Assembly (NCBI GenBank): GCA_052067355.1
Contig: JBQHQH010000015.1
Coordinates: 33,618 to 57,617, forward strand
Direction: 5' to 3'
DNA length: 24,000 nt
Source: Tissierellaceae bacterium HCP3S3_D8
GTDB taxonomy: Bacteria; Bacillota; Clostridia; Tissierellales; Tissierellaceae
The translations under genes and the position numbers were made by a program. Under the pieces are notes generated by a model, which worked only from the letters and a program-made list of their open reading frames with translations, did no database searches and was not told the DNA's origin. This document shows, in pieces, positions 14,193 to 21,850 of this stretch; position 1 is the first letter of the stretch; every line of letters starts with the position of its first letter.

Positions 14193-14714
14193 ATGAAGAT
14201 TTTAATGATATTCGATCAAACACAAGCTGGATTAGGAGGCAAGGAAAATCCTGATTTACCTCTAGGTGGCAAGAGTATGCCAATAGGTTCTGCACATATG
14301 TTAGAACCCAATTTAAAAGAAGTAGATGGAAAAGTTGTAGCATGTCTATATTGTGGAGACGGATATTTTAAGAAAAATAGGGAAGAAGTAAAATTTAAGA
14401 TGGCCGCAATGGTAAAAAAGATCAATCCAGATGTAGTAGTATGTGGCCCAGCTTTTAACTATGCTGGATATGCAGAGATGTGTGCAGTATTAGCTCATGA
14501 GATAAATGAGAAGACAGATATCCCAGCTATTGCTGCCATGTCTAAAGAGAATGAGGAAACTATTTCAAAATATAAGGATTCAGTAAATATCGTCATCATG
14601 CCTAAAAAAGGCGGAACAGGATTAAGTGAATCTCTTAACAATATCTGTGTTCTTGCAAAGAAAATAGTAGATGGCGAAGATATAACTGATTACGCAGAAC
14701 AAATATGTTATTAA
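14193..14714 (+). CDS. Conserved hypothetical protein, about 173 aa; its N-terminus resembles that of GrdB/PrdB-type reductase B proteins
   Basis: The pattern MKILMIFDQTQAGLGGKENPDLP resembles the (V/I)xxxNQFFxxIGGEEKAD pattern I recall at GrdB N-termini. RBS GGGGG lies 7 nt upstream of ATG 14193. There is no in-frame TGA (no Sec). The function is not assignable. Confidence 0.45.
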   Translation: MKILMIFDQTQAGLGGKENPDLPLGGKSMPIGSAHMLEPNLKEVDGKVVACLYCGDGYFKKNREEVKFKMAAMVKKINPDVVVCGPAFNYAGYAEMCAVLAHEINEKTDIPAIAAMSKENEETISKYKDSVNIVIMPKKGGTGLSESLNNICVLAKKIVDGEDITDYAEQICY

Positions 14715-14716
14715 AA

Positions 14717-14755
14717 ATAAGGTAGCCTAAATTTTCTAGGCTACCTTATTGATTA
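14717..14755 (+). terminator. Strong hairpin, possible partial terminator or attenuator between the small protein gene and the M42 genes
   Basis: A perfect 13-bp stem ATAAGGTAGCCTA (14717-14729) / TAGGCTACCTTAT (14737-14749) with a 7-nt loop. The trailing sequence TTATTGATT is only moderately U-rich. Confidence 0.45.
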
Positions 14756-14779
14756 GAGAAGAAAGGAAGAGTGAAAAGT

Positions 14780-15856
14780 ATGAACATAGATGATAATACA
14801 TTGAAATTAGCACAGGAACTTACTCAAATAATAGGTGTATCAGGTAATGAGAGGTATATATCTAAAGCATTACAACAGCAATATAGGAGATATACAGAAG
14901 AAATAGTGTTTGACAATCTAGGTTCAGTATTTGCAGTAAAGAGATGTGGAAAGGAAAATGCTAAAAAAGTCATGATCTCAGGAAATATGGATGAGACTGG
15001 ATTTATGGTGAATGGGATTACAGATAACGGACTTCTTAAGATATTGCCATTGGGAACCGTATGGGATCAGACCATATTATCTCAGAGAATTAGGTTGATA
15101 AATGGAGAAGGTAAGGAGTTTAAAGGAGCCATAGTGACTAAGAATAGTGGCGAAGATAGATCTAAGATAATAGGCGTTGGCGAGATGTTTGCAGATATTG
15201 GTGCTAACAGTAAAGAGGAAATAAAAGAAATGGGTATAAAATTAGGAGATTCCATGGTCATAGATGGACCCTTTGAAGTACTAGCTACAGGCAAGAGGAT
15301 ACTTTCTAAAGCTTGGAACAATAGATATGGATGTATGCTTGGAATAGAACTATTAGAGGCATTAAAAGATGTAGAATTAGATGTGGACCTATATGTTGGC
15401 TGTACAGTTCAAAAAGAGATAGGCCTAAGAGGAGCAGAGACTGCTACAAATTTAGTAAAACCAGATTTAGGAATAGTTCTAGATTGTCTACAAGCCAATG
15501 ATATTGAAGGTAAAGAAGATGCAGTAGGTAAATTAGGAGAAGGACTATTGATAAACTACTATGATAAATCTATGATGCCTAATAGAGCATTGATCAGCCA
15601 TCTAGTAGATATATGTAAATCAAATGATATAAAGCACCAATACTATTATTCAATGAAAGAAAATGATGCTAAGTGGATTCACAAATTATTAGTAGGATGC
15701 CCAACTTTAATGGCATGTATCTGCACAAGAAATGTAAATACAAATAGCTCTATTATCGACATGGATGACTATCTATCTGCAAAAGAAGCGGTTATTAGGG
15801 TTATAAAATCTTTAGATACAGAGACTATTGATAGATTTAAAGCCGAAAATAGATAG
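14780..15856 (+). CDS. M42-family peptidase paralog with degenerate active-site/metal ligands (predicted non-catalytic)
   Basis: It aligns with the neighbouring M42 gene but has GNMDETG (canonical GHMDEVG), WNNRYG (WDDRIG), VQKEIGLRGA (VQEEVGLRGA) and RNVNTNS (RYMHSP). ATG 14780 is preferred over GTG 14771, which is too close to the RBS. Confidence 0.8.
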   Translation: MNIDDNTLKLAQELTQIIGVSGNERYISKALQQQYRRYTEEIVFDNLGSVFAVKRCGKENAKKVMISGNMDETGFMVNGITDNGLLKILPLGTVWDQTILSQRIRLINGEGKEFKGAIVTKNSGEDRSKIIGVGEMFADIGANSKEEIKEMGIKLGDSMVIDGPFEVLATGKRILSKAWNNRYGCMLGIELLEALKDVELDVDLYVGCTVQKEIGLRGAETATNLVKPDLGIVLDCLQANDIEGKEDAVGKLGEGLLINYYDKSMMPNRALISHLVDICKSNDIKHQYYYSMKENDAKWIHKLLVGCPTLMACICTRNVNTNSSIIDMDDYLSAKEAVIRVIKSLDTETIDRFKAENR

Positions 15857-15888
15857 GATATAGGATTAAGAGTATTGGAGGAGAGCTT

Positions 15889-16968
15889 ATGTATAATATA
15901 GATTTCCAGATGCTAAAGGAATTAAGCGAAGCTGATGGAATATCAGGTTGTGAAAGAGAAGTAAGTAGAGTCGTAAATAGATATTTTAGAGAATATGCTG
16001 ATGAGATCATGTATGATAACCTAGGTTCTATAATTGGACTAAAAAAAGGAAATGAAGATGGACCTAAGATAATGATTGCCGGACATATGGATGAAGTTGG
16101 ATTTCTAGTAAGACATATAGATGAGAATGGCTATATAAGGATATTGCCTGTAGGTGGATGGTGGGGACATGTACTTCCATCTCAAGAGATGAGGATAACT
16201 ACATCTACTGGTAAAAAGATATATGGAGTAGTGGGAAGTCGTGCACCTCATGGAATGCCTTCCGAGGAAAAAGAGAAAGTAATTAAGCCAATAGATCTGT
16301 TTATAGATATAGGAGTAGAAAACAGGGAAGAGGCTGAAGAACTGGGAATACAGATTGGAGATATGATTACACCTAATACAGAGTGTAGGATTATGAACAA
16401 TTCAAATTATATAGTGGGAAAGGCATGGGACGATAGAATAGGTGTAGCAGTAGCCATAGATGTCTTAAGACACCTTCAAAGCACTGAACATGATGCAAAT
16501 GTCTATGCTGTAGGTACAGTCCAAGAAGAGGTAGGATTAAGGGGAGCAAGAACAGCTACTCAAGTGATAAATCCTGATATTGGTATTGCACTAGATGTGA
16601 CAACTGCTAAGGATACACCTATGGATAAGGGAGACATAGGATTAGGGCGTGGTGTCATCTTGAGTATATTAGATGCAACGGCTTTAGCACATAGAGGACT
16701 CTTAAATGAGTTTGAACACATATGTGAAGATCTAAATCTAGATATAAATTATGATGCCATGACTGTAGGTGGAACCGATGCAGGTAATATTCACAAGACC
16801 TTTAGTGGAGTTATTACTATGACACTTTCTATTCCTACACGCTATATGCACTCTCCTAGATTGTTGATCCACCAAAGAGACTATATAGAGACTGTAGAAG
16901 TCTTGGCAGAATTCTGTAAAAGGCTAGATAAAGACCTATTGGAAAGGTTAAGAATAACTACTAAATAA
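15889..16968 (+). CDS. M42-family aminopeptidase (FrvX/YsdC/PepA-like, canonical ligands)
   Basis: Motifs IAGHMDEVGF, KAWDDRIGVAV, TVQEEVGLRGA, ALDVT and PTRYMHSP correspond to the His/Asp/Glu-Glu/Asp/His dinuclear site of M42 peptidases. RBS GGAGGAG. Confidence 0.85.
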   Translation: MYNIDFQMLKELSEADGISGCEREVSRVVNRYFREYADEIMYDNLGSIIGLKKGNEDGPKIMIAGHMDEVGFLVRHIDENGYIRILPVGGWWGHVLPSQEMRITTSTGKKIYGVVGSRAPHGMPSEEKEKVIKPIDLFIDIGVENREEAEELGIQIGDMITPNTECRIMNNSNYIVGKAWDDRIGVAVAIDVLRHLQSTEHDANVYAVGTVQEEVGLRGARTATQVINPDIGIALDVTTAKDTPMDKGDIGLGRGVILSILDATALAHRGLLNEFEHICEDLNLDINYDAMTVGGTDAGNIHKTFSGVITMTLSIPTRYMHSPRLLIHQRDYIETVEVLAEFCKRLDKDLLERLRITTK

Positions 16969-17021
16969 CAGATTTTAACAATATATAATATATTTTAGCC
17001 TACTAATGGGTATTCTACAAC

Positions 17022-17090
17022 ATGAACATAAGTTACCTATTATTAAGGAAGTTATATGTAATAGATTTACAGATAGACTTAGGATATAGT
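17022..17090 (+). promoter_or_regulatory. Conserved 52-nt upstream block (copy B, 17022-17073) with -35 TAGATT (17062-17067) and -10 TATAGT (17085-17090)
   Basis: 45/52 identical to copy A without gaps. The right half GGAAGTTATATGTAATAGATTTA is identical. Spacing to the -10 is the same. Confidence 0.65.
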
Positions 17091-17202
17091 CTAATTAGAA
17101 AGAATTTAGATACGATATATACGTATAATTGTCGTATTTAATAAAATATAGGAACTAGATATTCATAGATAAAACTTATCGTTCTCAATGGAGGTAATAC
17201 AG

Positions 17203-18327
17203 ATGGAACAAATCTTAAATGATAAAATTGATGAATATAGAGAAGAATTATTGAAATCTATTGTGGAAGTGGTAAATATACCCAGTATTAAAGGAGAGTC
17301 AAGTGACGATGCACCTTTTGGGAAAGAGCCAAAGAGAGCATTGGAGAAAGCCCTTGAAATAGCAAGAAATCTAGGATTTCAAACTCACATTGTAGACAAT
17401 TGTGTTGGATATGCTCAATACGGAGAAGGGGAAGGCTATATAGGAGTTGTAGGACATCTAGACGTGGTAGATGAAGGAGAAGGATGGAAGTTCCCTCCAT
17501 TTAGTGGGCATATCGAAGATGGGAAGATGTATGGAAGAGGTGTATTAGACAATAAAGGGCCAATCATGTCGGCTCTCTATGGACTATATGCTGTTAAAGA
17601 ATCTGGTCTAAAGATAAACAAGCCAGTAAGGATTGTATTTGGGACTAACGAAGAAACTGGATTTGGTGATATACCTCACTATTTAGAAAAGGAAAAACCA
17701 CCGATAATGGGATTTACTCCAGACTGTAAATATCCAGTAGTATATGGAGAAAGAGGAAGGGCAAATATACAGTTTCAGATAGAATATAATAGCGAGAACT
17801 ATGAAGATATGACTAGAGAATTTTTTAGCTTTTTAAATACCTATATCCTTTCTAGTAAGAGCAATGGAGATAGGTTGGGAATAGACTTTAGTGATAGTGA
17901 ATTTGGTACTATGGAGATGAGGAATTACAAGATGGATGTAGAGGAATCTAAACTACTCTTTAACCTTAGCCTGAGTTATCCAGCCATAGTGAATATTGAT
18001 GAAATAGTGAAGAGGATAGAGTCAAAACTATCCGAGAATATAAAGTTAAACTTGCTGTTAAATTATGATCCAGTTAAATTTGAGAAAGACTCTTTCTTAG
18101 TTAAATCTCTACAAAAGGCATATGAAGATGTGACAGGATTAGATGGTACTCCTGTAACTACTACAGGAGGGACATATGCAAAGATAGTTCCCAATATTGT
18201 ACCCTTTGGTCCATCTTTTCCTGGACAGAAGGGGATAGCTCATAATCCAAATGAGTATATGGACATAAGTGATATTATTTTAAATGCAAAGATATTTGCT
18301 CAAGCAATATATAATTTAGCAAAATAA
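17203..18327 (+). CDS. M20-family dipeptidase, PepV/Sapep-like
   Basis: Motifs VGHLDVVDEGEGW, GRGVLDNKGP, FGTNEETG and GFTPDCKYPVVYGERG match PepV-type M20A. At about 374 aa it seems shorter than the roughly 460-470 aa I recall for PepV. ATG 17203 is preferred because GGAGG (17190-17194) lies inside the track's 5' extension. Confidence 0.75.
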   Translation: MEQILNDKIDEYREELLKSIVEVVNIPSIKGESSDDAPFGKEPKRALEKALEIARNLGFQTHIVDNCVGYAQYGEGEGYIGVVGHLDVVDEGEGWKFPPFSGHIEDGKMYGRGVLDNKGPIMSALYGLYAVKESGLKINKPVRIVFGTNEETGFGDIPHYLEKEKPPIMGFTPDCKYPVVYGERGRANIQFQIEYNSENYEDMTREFFSFLNTYILSSKSNGDRLGIDFSDSEFGTMEMRNYKMDVEESKLLFNLSLSYPAIVNIDEIVKRIESKLSENIKLNLLLNYDPVKFEKDSFLVKSLQKAYEDVTGLDGTPVTTTGGTYAKIVPNIVPFGPSFPGQKGIAHNPNEYMDISDIILNAKIFAQAIYNLAK

Positions 18328-18348
18328 AGTTAGAAAAGAGGGATATAT

Positions 18349-19308
18349 ATGAGTTGGTCTTTTATAGCTACATGGAGGATGGCATTGGAGGGTATCCAAG
18401 AGGGAGCTAAGTTATTAGAAGACAATGGAAGTTGTGGAGATGCTGTGGAGGCAGCTATAAAGATGGTAGAGGATTTTCCATATTATAAATCTGTAGGATA
18501 CGGTGGGCTTCCCAATGAAAATGGGGAAGTAGAACTAGATGCAGCCTATATGGATGGGGATAGTTTATCTATTGGAGCTGTTGCAGGAATCAAGGACTTT
18601 AAAAATCCCATAAGCATAGCTAGAAAGCTGAGTGAAGAGAAATTCAATTGTTTTTTAGTAGGTCAAGGAGCAGAGGAATATGCTCATAAAAATGGATTTG
18701 AAAGGGTAAATATGCTTACAGACAGAGCTATTATCCACTATAAGAATAGACTGAAGGAGATCAAGGAGAAAGAACTTACTCCATATTCTGGACATGACAC
18801 TGTGGGAATGGTTGCACTAGATTTGAATAATTCCATGGCAGCTGGCACATCTACAAGTGGCCTATTCATGAAGAAAAGAGGTAGAACAGGAGATTCTCCA
18901 CTATCAGGTTCAGGATTTTATGTAGATAGTCAAATCGGAGGAGCAACAGCCACTGGATTAGGAGAAGATATTATGAAAGGATGTATCTCCTATGAAATTG
19001 TAAGGCTTATGAAAGAAGGATATACACCTCAGGAAGCAGCAGATAAGGCAGTACTTGAACTGAATAATCTGCTTATCAGTAGGAGAAAGGAAGCAGGAGA
19101 TATCTCTGTTGTATGTATCAATAATAAGGGAGAATTTGGAGTAGCTACAAATATAGAGGGATTTTCCTTTGTAGTTGCTACTGATAAATTATCTCCAACT
19201 GTATATGTGTGTTCAGTAGATAATGGCAAGACCACATATAAAGCTGCAAGTAAAGAATGGTTAGATAATTATATGAAGACTAGAACTGCACCACTAGAGT
19301 TAAAATAA
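18349..19308 (+). CDS. Ntn-hydrolase of the glycosylasparaginase (aspartylglucosaminidase) type, Asparaginase_2 family
   Basis: The autoproteolysis/nucleophile motif GHDTVGMVALD (Thr151, codon 18799-18801) is followed by TSGLFMKKRGRTGDSPLSGSGFY and ATGLGEDIM. The N-terminus FIATW...DAVEAA...SVGYGGLPNENGEVELDAAYMDG parallels human AGA (VNTW...DAVE...SVGFGGSPDE). It lacks the IAIHGGAG start of isoaspartyl peptidases such as IaaA. Confidence 0.75.
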   Translation: MSWSFIATWRMALEGIQEGAKLLEDNGSCGDAVEAAIKMVEDFPYYKSVGYGGLPNENGEVELDAAYMDGDSLSIGAVAGIKDFKNPISIARKLSEEKFNCFLVGQGAEEYAHKNGFERVNMLTDRAIIHYKNRLKEIKEKELTPYSGHDTVGMVALDLNNSMAAGTSTSGLFMKKRGRTGDSPLSGSGFYVDSQIGGATATGLGEDIMKGCISYEIVRLMKEGYTPQEAADKAVLELNNLLISRRKEAGDISVVCINNKGEFGVATNIEGFSFVVATDKLSPTVYVCSVDNGKTTYKAASKEWLDNYMKTRTAPLELK

Positions 19309-19343
19309 TCAAGGAAGGTCAAAATAGAAAGAGGGTTGCGATT

Positions 19344-19667
19344 ATGGAAGGTATGGAATTGATGAATTTTCAAATAATAAGCAATGTAGGAGATGCAAAA
19401 TCATATCTATTTGAAGCTTTAAAGGCTTCAAGAGAAGATAGATTTGAAGATGCTGAAAAACTTATTAAAGATGCAGATAAGAGTTTAGAGAAAGCCCATG
19501 AGATCCATGTAGAGTTATTACAAAGTGAGACACAGGGGCAACCTATTGAGATATCTCTTTTATTGATGCATGCAGAGGATCAGATGATGACTACAGAGAT
19601 GTTTAGAGATATCACTAATGAGATGTTATTGATGCATAAGAAATATTCAAATGTGGATAAAGAATAA
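19344..19667 (+). CDS. PTS EIIA component, lactose/cellobiose/chitobiose family
   Basis: 107 aa, predicted helical, with IISNVGDAKS and the phospho-His region LLLMHAEDQMMT typical of ChbA/LicA/LacF-type EIIA. GAGGG lies 8 nt upstream of the ATG. Confidence 0.85.
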   Translation: MEGMELMNFQIISNVGDAKSYLFEALKASREDRFEDAEKLIKDADKSLEKAHEIHVELLQSETQGQPIEISLLLMHAEDQMMTTEMFRDITNEMLLMHKKYSNVDKE

Positions 19668-19686
19668 TATAGATTTGATAAAAGAG

Positions 19687-19726
19687 CTGTTTCATAATTA
19701 ATTGATTATGAAGCAGTTTTTATTTT
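19687..19726 (+). terminator. Rho-independent terminator after the EIIA gene
   Basis: A 12-bp stem CTGTTTCATAAT (19687-19698) / ATTATGAAGCAG (19705-19716) with one G-U pair and a 6-nt loop, followed by TTTTTATTTT. Confidence 0.8.
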
Positions 19727-19803
19727 ATAGTGATTCAAAAGTCTTAAATTACCAGCTCCATTTTCTAGTAGTATCTGAAACACTACTTTGTTTATCTATA
19801 TTA

Positions 19804-19872
19804 CTGTACATAACTTACTTATCATTAGGGAAGCCATATGTAATAGATTTATAGAATATTACAATATATAAT
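19804..19872 (+). promoter_or_regulatory. Conserved 52-nt upstream block (copy C, 19804-19855) with -35 TAGATT (19844-19849) and -10 TATAAT (19867-19872)
   Basis: 50/52 identical to copy A (only TT to CC at the centre). The ATATATAATTT -10 region is also shared. Confidence 0.7.
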
Positions 19873-19906
19873 TTTATTATAGATATCATTTAAGCATATG
19901 CCTTTG

Positions 19907-19920
19907 AGAAAACGCTTTCG
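19907..19920. promoter_or_regulatory. Candidate catabolite-responsive element (cre): AGAAAACGCTTTCG
   Basis: It matches the central part of the Firmicute cre consensus WTGNAANCGNWNNCW, with mismatches at both outer positions. It lies about 40 nt downstream of the predicted -10 (roadblock position). Confidence 0.35.
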
Positions 19921-19985
19921 AAGAACTGAAGAGAATAGAGTTTAAATGATAAAGAATAGAGAAAGACTATAGCTAGGAGGTGAAT

Positions 19986-20312
19986 ATGATGAAGAAGATA
20001 TATCTATTTTGTGATCAAGGCATGAGCACAAGCATGTTGGCTAAGAAGATGCAGGATATTGGAGACAAACACAATTTACCTTTAGAAGTAAAGGCCTTTT
20101 CCATTAAGATATTGGAAAAGATATTAGAAGAAAAACATCCTGACTGTGTATTATTAGGGCCTCAAGTTAGACATCTACTTGAAGATACTAAAAAGAGAGT
20201 GGCAAGCTATGATGTGCCAGTTGGAGTAGTTGATTCAGTTGATTATGGAATGATGGATGGAGAAAAGGTTCTTAAAAAAGCAATATTATTGATGAAGAAT
20301 TACAAAAAATAG
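19986..20312 (+). CDS. PTS EIIB component, lactose/cellobiose/chitobiose family (copy 2)
   Basis: The protein is identical to copy 1 except for one residue (E to A in KKRV[E/A]SYD). RBS AGGAGG lies at 19975-19980; the track start GTG 19980 overlaps the RBS, so ATG 19986 or 19989 is preferred. Confidence 0.9.
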   Translation: MMKKIYLFCDQGMSTSMLAKKMQDIGDKHNLPLEVKAFSIKILEKILEEKHPDCVLLGPQVRHLLEDTKKRVASYDVPVGVVDSVDYGMMDGEKVLKKAILLMKNYKK

Positions 20313-20323
20313 GAGGGATAATA

Positions 20324-21670
20324 ATGCTTAAGAAACTAGAAGAAGTTTTAATGCCTATAGCAGATAAATTAGGCAAGAATAAGATCTTAATTGCAATTCG
20401 TGATGGATTTTTAGTATCTACTCCTCTTATTATTGTAGGATCCATATTCCTTCTAATAGCTAACTTTCCAATAACTGGTTGGTCTGAATTTTGGGCTAGG
20501 TTCTTTGGAGAAGGCTGGGAATCATATCTATCAAATGTGGCCAGAGCTACATTTGATATAGTGTCAATATTGACAGTTATCGGCATAGGATATGCTTATG
20601 CAAGAGAGATAGGAGCAGACAGAATACAAGGGGCAATCGTATCATTAGTAGCTTTTGTAATCTTAATGCCTACAGCTATTCCTTATGTAGGAGAAGAAGG
20701 ACCTGCAATAATGAGAGCTATAAGTTTTTCCTATATAGGAACCAATGGAATATTTTTAGCAATGTTAGTTTCTATTTTATCTGTTCGAATATTTAATTGG
20801 GCCTATAATAAAGGATGGACAATAAAATTACCTAAGGGAGTACCACCTGCTGTATTTGATTCCTTTGCAGCATTGATTCCAAGTGCAATAGTAATGTTTA
20901 TATTCTTTGTAGCTAGAATTGTATTTGAGCTTACTCCATATGAGTCTGCACATAACTTTATATATACAGTGCTACAAGCTCCATTGATGGGAGTGGGAAA
21001 TAGTTTAGGTGCTCAAATTGTATATGCGGTAGTATGTTCTATCTTCTGGTTCTTTGGAATAAATGGACCTTCAGTTGCAAATTCAGTTTTTTCACCAATA
21101 TTTAGAACCCTATCAATGGAAAATCTAGCAGCTTTTGAAGCAGGTTTGGCATTGCCACATATATACACTGGACAGTTTGTAGACCTATTCCAAACATTTG
21201 GTGGTGGAGGAAGTACTCTTTCACTAGTCATCCTCATGATAACAATTTGTAAATCAGAGAGAATCAAACAGTTGGGAAGATTGTCTATTGTACCAGGTAT
21301 ATTTGGAATCAATGAACCTATAATATTTGGTCTGCCAATAGTATTAAATCCTATAATGATAATTCCATTTATAGGTGTGCCATTGATGAATACAATTTTA
21401 TCAGCTATAGCTTTTGAAACTGGATTTCTACCTTATACAAATGGGGTTGCATTACCTTGGACAATACCATTAGGATTTTCAGGATATCTATCTACAGGTA
21501 GTTTCAAGGCATCCATATTCCAAGTTATATTGTTGATATTAGGCTGCGTAGTTTATTATCCATTTGTAAAGATATTAGATAAAAACTACTTAAAAGAAGA
21601 ACATTCTCAAGACGATGAAGATGGATTAGACGATATATCCTTCGATGATATATCCTTTGATGATCTATAG
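20324..21670 (+). CDS. PTS EIIC permease, lactose/cellobiose/chitobiose family (copy 2)
   Basis: 448 aa and colinear with copy 1 without internal gaps. About 70 percent of residues are identical by eye. Same family motifs (FWFFGINGP, FGGGGSTL, GINEPIIFGLPIVLNP). Confidence 0.9.
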   Translation: MLKKLEEVLMPIADKLGKNKILIAIRDGFLVSTPLIIVGSIFLLIANFPITGWSEFWARFFGEGWESYLSNVARATFDIVSILTVIGIGYAYAREIGADRIQGAIVSLVAFVILMPTAIPYVGEEGPAIMRAISFSYIGTNGIFLAMLVSILSVRIFNWAYNKGWTIKLPKGVPPAVFDSFAALIPSAIVMFIFFVARIVFELTPYESAHNFIYTVLQAPLMGVGNSLGAQIVYAVVCSIFWFFGINGPSVANSVFSPIFRTLSMENLAAFEAGLALPHIYTGQFVDLFQTFGGGGSTLSLVILMITICKSERIKQLGRLSIVPGIFGINEPIIFGLPIVLNPIMIIPFIGVPLMNTILSAIAFETGFLPYTNGVALPWTIPLGFSGYLSTGSFKASIFQVILLILGCVVYYPFVKILDKNYLKEEHSQDDEDGLDDISFDDISFDDL

Positions 21671-21675
21671 AAGAT

Positions 21676-21709
21676 AAAAGACTAGGTAAATTTTTACCTA
21701 GTTTTTTTG
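21676..21709. terminator. Rho-independent terminator after EIIC copy 2
   Basis: Stem CTAGGTA (21682-21688) / TACCTAG (21695-21701), followed by T7 (21702-21708) and preceded by an A-rich stretch. Confidence 0.8.
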
Positions 21710-21850
21710 TGCAGAATTATGTTACAATAGAGAAAACTTATATTATATGGAGTTCTATACTCTGATATATAGATAGCTTACTTATATAGGGACTATAGAA
21801 TATACTAAATTTGATAGTAGATTGATGGAGACAAATAAGGGAGTGATATC

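Noticed and set aside
17110-17126. 17-bp palindrome ATACGATATATACGTAT and the TATAAT at 17124-17129 as an alternative promoter/operator for the M20 operon
   Set aside because: There is no acceptable -35 at 16-18 nt spacing. AT-rich palindromes of this size are common by chance. The conserved-block promoter 35 nt upstream has cross-copy support.
19766-19787. Small hairpin TAGTAGT...ACTACT upstream of promoter block C as a second terminator
   Set aside because: It has only a 6-bp A/T-rich stem with a 9-nt loop and a weak T tract. The strong terminator at 19687-19726 already accounts for termination.
21771-21800. Possible fourth, degenerate copy of the PTS promoter block upstream of the ABC-2 genes (TAGCTTACTTATATAGGGAC)
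   Set aside because: Only a 9-mer (CTTACTTAT) plus AGGGA match. The invariant right half (GGAAGTTATATGTAATAGATTTA) and the fixed -10 geometry are absent. A 9-mer match is expected by chance at this base composition.
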